Part shown: positions 1 to 14,000 of the stretch, piece after piece
Numbering within the stretch: the first letter of the stretch is position 1
Layout of the letters: the number at the start of each line of letters is the position of its first letter
Origin: Balanoglossus misakiensis
Lineage: Eukaryota > Animalia > Hemichordata
Assembly (NCBI GenBank): GCA_040954595.2
Contig: CM082591.2
Coordinates: forward strand, 2,565,258 to 2,629,257
Direction of reading: 5' to 3'
Length of the DNA stretch: 64,000 nt
Position numbers and translations under genes: made by a program
The notes under the pieces: model-generated
Database searches by the model: none
What the model was told of the DNA's origin: nothing
The model's input: only the letters and a program-made list of their open reading frames with translations

Positions 1-1441
1 GGCCGCTACTGATTGGATATTTTGGCGGATGAATCAAATCGCTGGCGGCGGGATTTTTTTTCGGTTGCCTACTTACCCACAAGGCCGCGGGGTATAACTA
101 GCCCCGATGATCAGAAACACGCCGGCTCTCTCACTAATTTGCTCGTGAATGAAAGAAAGCAATTTCAAACGGTGTGTGTGCGCGCGCCAGGATTTCGGCT
201 ACCCTGCCCCCAACATTGACCTCAGTGGTTCTAATATTTAGTGCCCGCTTGCCCGTGTACAATCGACGGTGAACCGAAAAAAACTACAGGGAAAAAAGCA
301 GCCGTCCGTTCGTTTCTTTTGATTTTCAACTTTTCGCCTCACAGTCTTCATCGCCAATACACCCTTTTTCTGGAGTTAAAATGGGTCTTTATTGATGAGT
401 TGTTTATGATTATGTGAAAACACTGTGGGCTGTTTCTTGCCCCGAGGAGAAGGCCCTGGGTACAAAGAGGCATTAGATGCAAATAACACAATTAGACGAT
501 ATTATGCTCGGTGTATAGGCGGAGATCAGGAGTGTGACGCGGTCTGATAATACATCGAACTTTTAACGTCCACATATGAATAGCACTGGTAGTATGCGAC
601 CATTGTCCCGCTATAGAAATCGGCAAGTAAAATTGGTAAGGGGGAAACCGGACCAAAGAATGGGTCACTAACGTTTGAGTTTGCCGATTCTGATTCGGAG
701 CTCGGTTTTTTTTCAGAAATAAAAAAAAATGTCGCCATGAACCCCCACGAGAGTAGCGCTAGGAAGTTTTGACATGTGCCCCGCGCAGCCGTCGAATATC
801 ATCTCGTGGTTTCTGGCGTCTTTTGCGCGTTTGTGGGTCTGTGGCGTTTTTTGGCCGGGTGCGTCGCTGGTGCGCGCTTAATTAGTTACTGCATGGTCCA
901 TCACTTCTGGTGTTATTCGGTGCGATACTGAATCATTAGTTTAAACGGGTAAATCACCCCCAAACTAAAGAATATGCTAATTTGTTTGCGCAGGTTCAAA
1001 GCCATAACTACTGGAGTATACACATCTAACTGTGTGATAGTTTCAATAATCGTGCAATTTGTACGAGTTTCTGGGGGAAATAGATGAAAGTTTGCTTTTC
1101 AAAGATACATAAATCTGTGGACTTTGCCATATTGAGTAGGACTGAAACACACGGCCGTATGCTCGACAGCGTTGTGATTCTAGAAATCACACCACGGGAT
1201 GACATGCTTGGCTGAAGTCATTACTTTCACGTGGCTACTCGCGGCAAGTCTAGCTTTTTTCCAAGTTTCAAACAATCAGATCGTCGGCTGGCGGCCATTT
1301 TGTGTGAAATTGACCAATCTCGATTCACCCACAAAGGTGTTAGATAGCATAGCCCGACAGTAAAGGACTCTTATACCAAAATCTGCGAAATGTATATTGT
1401 ATTACTGAGTATTTATAATATGTATAAATATACAGATATAC

Positions 1442-1578
<137 letters not shown>

Positions 1579-3308
1579 TGCATTGTATATCGTAAGAAAG
1601 TGGGTCAAATGGCACAATTGGCCAACATTAAAACGGTGGTTGCTCTAGGTATTACTTGGCGATACTCTAATATTTAGGACCTCGATTTTCACCGCAGACA
1701 AAAAATCTCTCACGCTCTTTGAGGAGGTCGGTAAGAGGATACCCACATGTTTACGTCACGTCGTGATAATAATACAGGGAGATGGCAGAAACGTCTGAGG
1801 GCATGTCACTGGTCACACGTGCTTCTCAGAATTGAGTTTCAAGTCCGCTAAGTGAGTCAACTGTCGCCTCTTGGCCGTCTTAGATGCTTCGAGTGCATTG
1901 CGACCTTCTTCAAGACTTGTTGGAGACCAACATGACTGTGCACGGCGCTATTACATTGATAAATATCAAATGTCTTGTCAAATTATTGTCTATGGTTCGG
2001 GTACTTCTGTATACTTCTCGTCTATTGCCTAGTTTAATACTGATATCTATTTCGATTGCTTTTTAGTTTGCGTTATTTTATTTTTCAAATGAAAAGGCGG
2101 CTAGCGCCGTTTTAAGATTAAATAAGATTATTTATGATTGGATATTAAAATAATTTTGGATGGTTTGGTGTTTTTTGAATGGAAACGCTAACCACAACCA
2201 AAAGTGTGCGTTTGTATACAAAGGAGAAACTAGGGCCGGGACTGTTGCCCGCTTGATTGGGACTCAGTTGCCGAGAAATCCTAATCAATTGCTTTGTACG
2301 CCGCCAATTTCCACCTCGCGCGTTTTTAGGACACCGCAGGCGTCGCCGCTGGCGCTCAGCGCGCGGACGCACCGACGCTAATCGACTGGTTGATCGCAAT
2401 TAATGCCCCCTTCTTTCGGCCATCTCAACCACGACGGAAACTTTTTTCCGCTTTTCTACTTTGTGCCCGCAAATCAGCCCCGACACCCCCGCTAAAAAAA
2501 CTCTCACAGCCGAATTACCTCTATCCGAAGCACCGCCATAAAGAGTGTATATTCTGCCAGTCGCTTGAATCCACTCGAGTGGAAAAATTAGTTTAGATGA
2601 GTTTTTTTTCTTACTGTTATAGTTTTCTTGATTTTGCAAGCCACTATTCAGCTACCCTCCATTAAGAAATATATGTGCTTCATTTACTTCTTTGAAGGTA
2701 TTCTATTAATCTCAACAGTAAAAAATACTCCCGAAAAAGCGCCAATCCAAGCAGTTGATTTTGTTCCGTTTCCGCTTCCGTACATTCTTATAAAATCTCA
2801 ACAAAATGTTTTAATTTTTCAATTAACCATATACCCATTTTAGCGCGCCGAGTCCCTTTTTATTTCAACTTTTTTTTCTCTTTTCTTCGCGATTCACACT
2901 TGTAATAACATTATAATAACCCCCCACACAAGAAAGAAAGCACTTTTTTCACTTAGCTGTATCGTGGCGAATTATAGAAATGTTGAAATCAACACGTTGT
3001 CATTTGGCACCGAGTGATTGACAGGTGAAAGAGACATATGTGCAAAATGGCGCGGAAGAGAGCGTACTGCGCCCAGGAAAAAGTTTAATGGAACGCAGAG
3101 CGTTTTCCGTGCGTACCACGGTATTTTGCGCGACGGTTTTGACTTGACCATGCTCCTAGAATCATGTAGTATTATCCAAAGTTATCGTAAATAGGCGAGT
3201 CACGCTTATCACTGCGTTTATTCTGAGTCCAGGGGGCCTATGTCTGCGATTGATCGCGCGTAGCATCGCAATTTAACAATTCCGTGGGTGATTACTGGCG
3301 TTGAAACG

Positions 3309-3449
3309 GCGGGTAAAATCTGTCGTTTAGGCGGGAAAATCTTGCTACAATTTCGTTTTGTGCGCAGACGAGGGAATATACAATTTCGCGGGTAAAATCT
3401 GTCGTTTAGGCGGGCAAATCTTGCTACAATTTCCTTTTGTGCGAGACGA
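3309..3449. repeat. Imperfect direct repeat of about 62 bp (79 bp period)
   Basis: gcgggtaaaatctgtcgtttaggcggg[a/c]aaatcttgctacaatttc[g/c]ttttgtgcg..agacga at 3309-3371 and 3388-3449. Confidence 0.9.
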
Positions 3450-5497
3450 CATCATGGCGGCGGGGAATCGTTCACCAAAACCTTGCGAGTGTAACTTTTA
3501 ATGGATTAGAAATGCAAACTAATTCAATTTTCCTCGCAAAATCCGAACCTAAATACACAGAAAATGACATTCGGCTAAAATATCTTGCTCGGAAACAGAC
3601 GGTTTATACGTAGATGTTATTTCAAGGTATTGCCATCATATTTATCCTTTTATGCGATATTAATTGTTGAGTGATCGTGTTTATAATATTATTTTGCGAT
3701 CTAACGAAGCAAACGCACCCATTTTTACAAGTCATTAGCTGGGTCAGAACGGTGGAATCATCTCCTAAATGATATTACAAGTCACTTTTTCCATCCGCTA
3801 CCCAGCGTCAACGACTCTCTAAGTCTCCCGGCTTACTTAACCTTTTAAGTAAAATTTAACGTTTTTCTCACTTCGTTAGGTCCTTTCAACTCGGAAATTT
3901 ACTTGATTTTCGATTCCATCTTTAATAAATTCGCTGAGATGGCGATAAAGGGGGAGGGGACGCTTCGGTGTTGGGGTCAGGCGGAAAGGATCGGCGATGG
4001 AGGAGGGGAAATTCGGAGGAACAGGCTTATCGGGGAACGATTTTGAGCGAAATGAGGCGGGTTTTCTCTATGTGTGTGTCGCTTTCTCTCCAGACGCTGT
4101 GTGCGTCACGTTGATATGACGCGCGCGCCGTTCGAACCCCGCGCAGTAAACAGGTTGGATGAGCTGTAATGGATCTCGGCTCCCGGTAGGCCGAATCTTA
4201 ATATCAGGTTGAAAATGGCTTCCAAATTAGTTATCTATCTGCGGCAAGATTGAACGATCATACGGCTGTAATTCGGACTAAAACACGCATTAATGGAGAG
4301 ACACAGAAAGACGCTGGATGTTCATAAGGCGTGTGATTACTACTATAGGAATAAACGAAGCATTGCGCGATGCACTGGCATTGTCCCTTGCCGCCAATTA
4401 AGATATGTCACTCATAATGAACACAATTTGGTCTATAAGGCGCGCGTTTTCCCGGGGAATAAGTTCAACCTTCGGTGTACAGTTTTTTCAAGGAAGCAAT
4501 TTTTACCTGGGATTTAAGTTCGCGTTAGCTAGATTCTGATATATTTTTCCTCGGTCGTCGTTTTACTGAGATGAAACTGAAGGATTGTCGTTGACGTGCG
4601 CATGCGTTTTACATAACCTGTCGTCTACAAATAATATTCGAGACAAATTTAGTAAAGATTTCAGCAGTAGTACGCATTGTAGCCTAAACATGGAACATCG
4701 AACATCCAGTATCCTTTCTCCTGCTATCACATCGCCGCGCATCGAATTAACGGTGATCTCGCTAGCTGGCGGTTTCACGTGGCTGTGTCCGTATCAAGCA
4801 AATAATCGCCCCGAAGAGCGTAAAGAATGTGATTAGCCTGGCAAACTTCTGTCCGCTCTTCAGTGAGCTGAACCGAGACGAACGCAGTCAATGAGTTTGT
4901 GCGTGCTAAATAAGGTGGAAGCAATGCTACAATTCTGGGCTGTGCGTAGGACTTGGCTAGGAGCTTGCTGAGTGTATATATATCTATAGCTACAGGACTA
5001 ATAATATACAGGTGTCTAGCTGTTGCGCAGGGAATTCTGTAATACACAACCTATCCCTTAACTTGTCACGATTTATTTCAGAGAGTTTCTGAAGGTGTTT
5101 AGCCTAAAGACAAAAAAGTCACTGACAGGTCTAGAGCACTATTTAAATTCACCAGGCTTGCAAGTGAACGTTCTTGCGAACCAGCCACTTTTCTGGGTCC
5201 CTTCTCCACACACGTCACTGTAACTTCCCTCCAAGGCAAAGTCGACTTGTGACAGACAAGTCAGACTTTGAATCAATACATTAGAGAGTGGGGAATGCTG
5301 TCTGGTTTAAATTGGCGGGAAAATGCCGGTGTCAGATACTGTCGTCTGCCACACAATTTCAGACTGAGAGTTATATACCAGGACCAACCTCACAAAAGAA
5401 CCAATTCCATACAAAAATCACTCCACTTACAGTGTTTTTAGAGACAACTGACAGAAAAAATACAACATTTCTTACAATTTTTGTCTCTTTTTTCCAG

Positions 5498-8400
5498 ACT
5501 CAGGCGAACACAGTGACCACAAAGACAGTGGCGACCTGAGCGGAGATGACGACGAGGCGAGCGCTAGACTCAGGCTGAAACGTAAGCTGCAGCGCAACCG
5601 TACTTCTTTCACCCAATATCAAATTGAAACACTCGAGAAAGGTAGACTATGCCTCCACATGTGTTTTCTATCATTGTGTTACCTCCTCCAAGAGGGCCGG
5701 CCGCACACTTTTAACCCCGCACGACCTCGCATTGACCGTCTCTCCGAGTCGAAGGGGGCAAGGGTCATGAACGGCGCCCTCTAGAGATATTCATGTCTGT
5801 CGTTAAACTCTCAGATCTTTCCCTATTACATCTCTTTCACAAGTTAAAAGTAAAAAACCCACTCCCTATTATTATCATACTAGTATTAGTATGCTGTTAA
5901 ATATTTCTTGATATCTCAACAATCAGAATTATGGCGGTAAAAACCGTGGGAACGTTCACTCGCATAACGATGTGGCGCCATTTTGTCATGCTATTGCTAC
6001 ACTTTATGTACATTGTTGAATGCACACTCGCAGTCGGAAATATAGTCCCTTTATCAATTCGCATCTAGGGTAATGTAGACAGTTTTAAAGTAGGCGGGAA
6101 TGGGAGATACAGTATCAGTACCACTTTCTGTTTCGGGACCACGACAAATCCCAGTAAACATTTCGGGCACCACGACCTACCGCCGCTAAATTGCTACTTT
6201 TCTGTCGACTGTTTGCTCTTTCTAATAGTCTGCGCGAGCGGGAGACGTCGGCCAAAACAAGATTAGCGCAATGAAAGGGAATGTTTCACTTTGCCCTTGC
6301 TTGTGGGAAATCGAACGGGGACCGGTGTGGTTTTTCTTTGAAAGGAAAACAGTTGTTACAGTCAGACAGGCAGACTGATCGGCCACGACTTTACAGGAGA
6401 CTGTTCCCAGGAAACGTCTCCGCGAGCTGTGTGTTTCCACGGCGCCGTACACAAACACAGAAGCCCAAACACCCAAGAGGCACAAGTTTTGAACCCCCCA
6501 AAAAGCTAAGCCGCCAGCCTGTCCACAAGTTAAACAAACAGACCTTTCTCTGGTTACGCCAAACGTACGCATCGAACAAAACACGAAGCTTACTGAGTTA
6601 AAAGTACAGAGAGAGAGGCGCGCCCTGCAAGAATATCACTAGACTACTTAGGTATCTGTTAATTAGTGGTTCTTCCGGATTTGTCGACAAATGAGATAAC
6701 CTGGGGCTACCTGGCGGGGTTCATTGTCCAGGTGGACTTGGCAGCTCTGTTTTCAGCCGCGACAAACAACCTCCGTTTTTCAACCTTGTTCAAGGCAAAC
6801 ACCAGATGTTTACAGTTAACAGAAGTCAAAAACCCCATCTCAAAAGAAGCTAGTTTTTAGAGCAAGCCAATTGTCACAACGCTTGTTCCCGCTAATCCAA
6901 TGAAAATACTTGAATTACTGATAAATTATTTTCTTTCCGATTACTCACTGACTTTAATATAACTGTCTCTCTGCCACTGAAGGTATAAGCTCTTTTTAAA
7001 GAAACCCCATCTGTAGTTTCTTATATCCCGCTTTTTATATTTTTTATTTCAAGAATTCGAACGAACCCATTATCCAGACGTGTTTGCGCGGGAACGTCTT
7101 GCACAGAAGATCGACCTACCAGAGGCGAGAATTCAGGTGGGTGCATTTTACAGTTCGCGCGATTATGGCTTACATGTGTTGGCATACATTTTGCAACAAT
7201 GTGATCAAGACAATAGCGTGAATAGTTACATAATAACAATGTATAGAGGACAGACGCTTCTGATATTATGCCCATAATTTAAAGATACTTTAACAAAAGA
7301 CGGTGGATATTGTTCGTTTTGCAACAATCTGTTGAAGGTGTACGATCACGTATGATTTTTTTTCGGATTCAGATTCGGATTCGAATTCCGACTTTTATTC
7401 AGATTCGGAGTTGTATGCATGTAGGTCGAATCGACCTTGCCATAACGTGGCTGTTACTGTAGACTATTATTTTAGGGACAAAAATCAACGCTAGTTTGAC
7501 CGCGATTACGAAACTGTGCTACAGACTTTAATACGTTGCATGTGTCCCTATAGGTTTGGTTTTCGAACCGCCGAGCCAAATGGCGACGAGAGGAGAAACT
7601 TCGCAACCAACGGCGGCAAATGACTAGCGTCCCCACGTCTTCCAGCCACCTACCAATCAACAGCAGCTTTACTAACAGCGTCTACCAACCCATTCCGCAG
7701 CCCACCGCACCCATGGTACCACGTACTGCCGACTCGTACAGCGCACTACCGCCGGTGCCCAGCTTCTCGATGGCCGCCCCGCCGAATCTCAGCGGACCGC
7801 CGAGGGACACGTCCTACTCCTGTATGATTCCACCGACGGCCAGGAGCTACGACCACCTCAGTCTGGGCTACTCGTCGGCAAGCAGCCACGCCATGGCATC
7901 TCAGCAACAGATTCAAAACCACGTGAACAGCGCATGCGTGGGCAACAGCGGGGGCTCAGCAGGAGGATATGGTGGTAATATCATAAATATTTTTACATTC
8001 AGGGACAGTAAGTGCAACTTGCCATTTGGAATCAATTTATGGTTAACGACCTAGAGTCACCCATGCAAATTTAGACACAGTTACCATGGCAAGCTGAGAC
8101 CTTGCCAATCGACTTGATCGGACAATGAATATGTGACACTTATGCAAAAATGTATTGCGGGGAGGGGGGGGGGTGTCAACAAAATTCATTTGTCACACAA
8201 ATGAATTTTAGTATGGAAAATATCAGAAGTTGCACTATTGTCCCTTAAGTGTTATCTTCGCTGACTTTAAAATGTTCTTAGTGAAACTTACCATATCTGT
8301 CATAATCGTCTGTTTCTTCCAAGTGCTTGCATCTCTTGCTTGCGTCACATTGAAGAGCTTTTATATGGTTTGGTGTTGGCGGTTTCAATTAAACCTCTTA

Positions 8401-8703
8401 AGTATTTAAGTTGCTCGGCTCTGTAATTCCAAAGAAAGCACAGAAACGCAAATCAATTAGAGCCATCAGCCACTTGTAGGATAGACGCCATATTGGATTG
8501 GAAGGATTGTGGGTAAACACGTGACATTTCTCAACGAGACTGTAGAGGACGCTGTTTTAAAATGACTTCATTTATTAACTTTTTGCTCTTCTTTTCTGTG
8601 TGTTCCATCAGGTCTGATATCACCTGGAGTTTCAGTCCCGGTTCAAGTTCCGGCCAGCATGGCGGACAGCCACACGTCGCAATATTGGCCAAGAATACAA
8701 TAA
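5498..8703 (+). CDS. PAX6: Paired box protein Pax6, 3' partial (linker end, homeodomain, PST domain); paired-domain exons not found in the window, presumably upstream
   Basis: GT-AG exons 5498-5641, 7054-7136, 7554-7974, 8612-8703 splice in frame to ...[74 protein letters not shown]... (paired-class homeodomain with Ser50) and the Pax6-type C-terminus [14 protein letters not shown]...SQYWPRIQ*. Confidence 0.98.
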
Positions 8704-11060
8704 TAGACACTGCGAAGTGACGACAACAAACCACCGATTTTTAGAAATTTTTTTTAAAAAGTTTATGGACCCGAATTAGAAGAGAATATACGGAGACGAG
8801 CTACTTAAAACTATGATTGCTAGAACCGCAACAGGGGCAATAATTTGGTATGACGTCATTGTGTATTAGCCTGCGCGCGCGTGGAAGGACGGACATCGAC
8901 CGGTAGAAGCCTCCCACATTACGGACGCTACTTTGAACTTTGAACTTTAAAAAAGCGGACTAGACCAAGTAGCAACGCTGTAGTGACAGCTGTGTCTGAG
9001 TAGAGTCGTTTTTACTCGTGGATTCATATCGAATAGGAGGAACTACACGTCATGTAGTCTGGTCGACATTATTCCCGCGCTTTTTGATAAGATGAAGGAC
9101 TTGTACAGGTCAGCGGGATGCAGTTACTTAATGGAAAACAACATTTTCTTTGGTAGACCTGCTGTAAGGAGACTTTCGGGAAGAAGACGTTTTTTTTCGT
9201 ATGTGCATATTTAATATGATCTCAACCCTCTGACCTACCCGCAACCGAATAGAACAACCTATAAATGTATCGTGGTTGGTCTTAACAGGGCAGAGAAATA
9301 TTTTGAAAGCATTACATTTGGACACTTTCCGCCAATTTGTGACGAGTCAATTTTCAGCGTTTGTCTACGAGATTTAGAACGTAAATTTCTAAAAACTTTT
9401 TATTTTTTTTCTCGAAAATTTTAAACGATTTAAGATATGTATTAACAGAACGATGTACATGTTTATTGATACTGTGCTGTTTATTGTAGCAGAGGAGATC
9501 CAATAGTTAGTGAAAGTGTTTTAATGTTCTACGGTTGCTTTGTGTATTTTTGGCGGGAAGGGAGCAGTCCGTTCTTCTCAAACAACAAATTATTCCAAAC
9601 GAATGATTTGTAGAAATACATCTGCCGATATGTGTGTTTCAATGTTGACATCTCCCGATTTCTCGTCAACGACCGCACAGTGTATCGCGATGACCGCTCA
9701 TATTTAAAAAAAAACAGCATTTTTATTTTAATGTTCTACTTTATTGGGGCAGGATACTTATTTTATTTTACAAACACTTGAAGATTTTTTCTGTAACTGT
9801 ACAAAAGTTTGCGTTCAAAATATGATTCGCAAAGTGATGCTCTATGTGTTGTGGTATTTGTGCCAAGTCTCGGTCACGTGGCTCAGTGATGACGTCAGAA
9901 GTCGCTGTGTAACAGCGAAAATACTCGTCTCAAAATGAACCAGAGTGGGGGGGGGGGGATTTGTCTCTGATTTAGTGCAAATATTCCCTGGATAGGTAAA
10001 CTACAAAGCATAAACGCTACAATTTTTATCCAATAGGCATGGGGGCATTTTTGGCCAAATACTTTTGTCAAAGTTCTTAGCTTTCTACAAAATGGCGGCT
10101 CTATTGAAATAGACGTGTACGTGAACACCATAACCTCATTTGTGGGGTCAAAGGTCGTTCTAAAGTTAAAATGGGCCAGAGGTCAACACTGTATCAAAAC
10201 GCTCCCTGATCAAACGTCTGCTTGGTGTAGAAACCGAGACAAAGAAGGCTGCATGCTTGTAAACCCTGTCCCCACCGCCTGCCACGTAAATGTATGTCTT
10301 TTTGTGCTTAATATTTCACTTTTGAGAAAATGTTCCTTAACTTCATTCGTTCAGCAGTGGTTCTTCAACTTGGCACGCAAATAGTATCAGTAGTCATACA
10401 AACGGTTGCAACTCTCTTAATATTGAAGTTTAATCTCTACAAATCAGACAATCACAACAGATTTTTTTCTTGCCAAATGGGGAAGAACGTTGAGTGAGAG
10501 GTACATACCGTTGTAATAACTGTCGTCTGCTTCTAAGAAATGTTAAGATCACGTTCATATGTCAATTTTTGGCCTCAGAGATACTCTAGCCTATCAGGGG
10601 CAGGTTTACATCATTGGGTATCATTTTGAAATAGAAACATTCAGACTACATGTTGTATGCTTTTTGCACCCTTTTGAAACAGACTACAACAACGCCGCCA
10701 TTTTGTTTTCTACGCAATCGCCAAATCCAAAGTCACAAGAAACACAGGAACGAATGACGGGATGTGGCTAACACCCCAATCTGTCAAACATTGTAGATAG
10801 TTTTAGTATTTAAATTAAAAAAAGTTAAGTTTGATGGAAAAAAACTGCCCATTGTAATTAGCATTTCAGATTGGTCTTTTAGTATTGCCTGTTCTCTTTA
10901 TAAAATATTCTCTATTGTTATTTTTGTCTTTATGAAATTTCTTCAAGTGAGTGTGTATATTTATATATCAAGTACACAACATTGTATTTCACAATCAAGG
11001 TTGTCCAAGTACAAGTAGACGGTGATAAACACATAATAAATTTTACTACAAATATTTGAC
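8704..11060 (+). other. Probable long Pax6 3' UTR with polyadenylation signal
   Basis: AATAAA at 11035-11040, followed by U/GU-rich sequence (ttctttgtgtcatttttt); no coding potential after the stop codon. The 3' end is inferred. Confidence 0.5.
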
Positions 11061-14000
11061 ATTGCCCGCATTCTTTGTGTCATTTTTTCAGTCATTTTTA
11101 TATGCAGAGTTTATTTACGCGTTTCCGTCAACTTTTACGTTACAAACCACAGAAAATTTGAAACATTTATGAAAAATCTTGACATTTGTTAGGCCCATTA
11201 AATCGGTCACAGAACCGATATCGGTAGTCATGACCTCTGACCTGCGACCTCACGGGTCAATGCCTAGGAATTAGGAGGACAATCATTTTGAACTGAAGCT
11301 AAACAGGAAGTTTCCAAATCAAAAGTCTAACCACCATGCACCAGTGCGCGTAGCCTGGCAACGGGGGATACACATTGAGAGGATTCTCAAAGACACCCAC
11401 CGTATTGTGGAGATTTCTGAACCCTGTAGCCATGGTTACCGTTTCGGCTACAATTAGTCAACCGGGCCCTCTCTCTCACGATTAACACCATACACCAATA
11501 TTTCAAAAGTTAATTAACTTCTTTGTTGGGCAGTAGGAAAATTTGCTGTTTTGGATACTATACTCTGAGGAAACATTCACGTTGAACGGAAATGGGCGTT
11601 GTCATTGTGCGTCGTTTCCATGGATACCAAAGTTTAAGCAACGGCACTGTGAACTGTGACATGGAAGTCAGATGTTCTATTTAACAGCCTTGGTCTCTTC
11701 TAATAATCCACGTCTGTAGCAAAAATACCCTCTCCCAACGAGTGTTGCACATGAACGCTCGATTTGGGCACACTTGGCCAATATTGGTATGGGTTGGGAC
11801 CAAGTAGCGTAGATGCACGCATGTATCTTTCTATATTTGTACATAACTAAAACCTAGCTATTCTACAGATAAATACACAGTTGTAGTGTATGAAAATACT
11901 AGTATGCTCTTATTGCATGAAACAGTCTATCTGCTGTGCCCCACTGCCAGTAGTTTAAGTAGGCTTCTTTTCTGGGTGTTCATCAGGTGTTTACCATTGC
12001 GTTTCCAAAGGTTTTTAATTCCGGCGGAATCTTGGCATGACATTTCAATTTTTATTAAAAATTCGCGGACGGCGTTTGATGCCGCTACCGCCATGTTTAG
12101 CCGTGTGACGCTGGTGGCGATGTCGCCATGGTTACTGAGACGACAAAGCGCATAAAGTTTTCAGACTGTAACACATGTCATGTGTGCTAAAGAGCTTTCC
12201 GCTACGTGTTTCTCTTTGCGGTGTGCAAACCTTATCAAAACCATGTTAAGTGTGTCGGATAAAGAATAATATTTTCAGAGGTTTACTATAATACAACATG
12301 TCACAATTTTGTCGAGATTCCGAAGGTTTATACGAATGGGGATATCGATGTTTGTTTCTGCCTGCCTGTCTGTCTGTGTGTCTGTATGTCTGTCTGTATG
12401 TCTGTATGAATGAATGTATATGTGGAAAAATGACAGAGTAACGCACATAGCAAAACAGGCATGATACAGTCAGAGAAAAGGGCCAGGAATCTCAACAGAT
12501 CACAAGCTGGTCGCGATAGAGCCATATATGAGGCGTATGACATTAAATGCTAAGTATTGCCGATGTTTTCTAATCTAGTTATTTGTAGCCAACTGGTTTC
12601 TATTCATCTGTAACAATGTAGGGCCAGCCTGTGCCCAGAATATAATTCGCAACAATACCGATATTTTAAGCCGATTTGCCACAAGTGTTGTGCCCCTCTT
12701 CATGTCAAAACCTCAATGAATGGACGACACAGAGACGTCTTAATATTACAAAAACAAACGTTAGTAGAGCTGGGGTTCTAATGAAAAGCGGGAGAAAAAA
12801 AGACTCTCATGATACGAAGCACACCGCTGCAACTTTCTAAAGTTAACAGACTAATCACTGACGCTGTGTTCGAATACAATATGGCCGACTTGCTTGCATG
12901 TGTTCCCGCCAACGTGCGAACTACCAGCCGACAACCGACACGAAAAGTCGGCCGTTTATTTTTTTTCATTGCGGTAAAGATAAAAGGGAGGGGCGCGACT
13001 CGGATGAGAGGACAGGGTGGCGTTACTATGGCACCGGATCTGATGATGCTTGGTAAACTTTTGCGGCAATTTCAGTCCTACCGTATATCCGCACCATCTT
13101 GCATTGCAATTTTCAGATCAAGACAAAAAACATTCGCAGAAATTCCTGATTATATAACTAACGTGCCAACAGTTATACCCTGTACAATATTTAATATTTG
13201 TACAAAAAACAGTGAAAACGTCGATTCTGAGAGCCTATTCTTAGTTTGTATTTATGTTATGTCCCCCCCCCCCCCCAAAAAAAAAATCGCGAATGGTGGT
13301 ACTCTTGTCTTTGAAAACTGACAGTAATATTAAAAAGCATATGACATCTGTGAAACAAGGAAAAGAATTTTCTGTTCAAATATTGGGAGATAATTTCATA
13401 ATAGTTGTCATAGCAGGGGCAATGAGATCGGCTCCATTGACCGCCGTTGGGGAGGAGTGCGTGAGTGATATGTTTATTTCAGGCTTTTTTGTCTTTTACG
13501 TGAGATAATTGTAATGTACATATCATGAAATGGACATTTATTGCAATAAAGCGCGTGATATATGTGATTTATGGTGATCAAGCGCAAACGATTCTCGTGA
13601 CATGTTTATAGAACCGTGGACTCGTCAGTCTATTTCAGTCCGAGTAACCCTTTCACCCCTTTTTGTCTGTAAATGAACCCAACCACGCCCTAGTTAAACA
13701 CCATGGTTAAACTAAACTGCAGTGGTGACAGGGTTCGAAGGATATCCCGGATTTCTATTTTTCGTGTGTTTCTCTCACTTGGAAACCGGGGAGATATTCA
13801 ACTGTTAGGTAAGCTTTCAACCGTTCGCTTTCAAAACCATTAGCAACATCTGTGTTCACAAAATGAATACATTTTTTCTATAAATTCACAACGCGCCATC
13901 ACACAAAACTGAAAGTTCTTAACGCGTAAGTTCACACCGATGAATTGAAGTGGGCAAAGCCAGAACAGAAGTCATCCATCCGCTAAATAAAGTTAGAAAA

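Noticed and set aside
3198-3215. TCACGCTTA as a Pax6 autoregulatory paired-domain site
   Set aside because: Only a partial consensus match, not distinguishable from chance.
3309-3449. Direct repeat as a CRISPR-like array
   Set aside because: Only two long imperfect units in eukaryotic intron context, with no spacer series or cas genes.
4094-4153. 60-nt exon-like segment as a Pax6 coding exon
   Set aside because: It contains a stop codon in the phase needed to join the 5498 exon; kept only as a possible non-coding exon.
12809-13321. 170 aa ORF between Pax6 and ELP4
   Set aside because: No recognisable domain, ends in homopolymer-derived PPPPKKK, and has no supporting exon chain.
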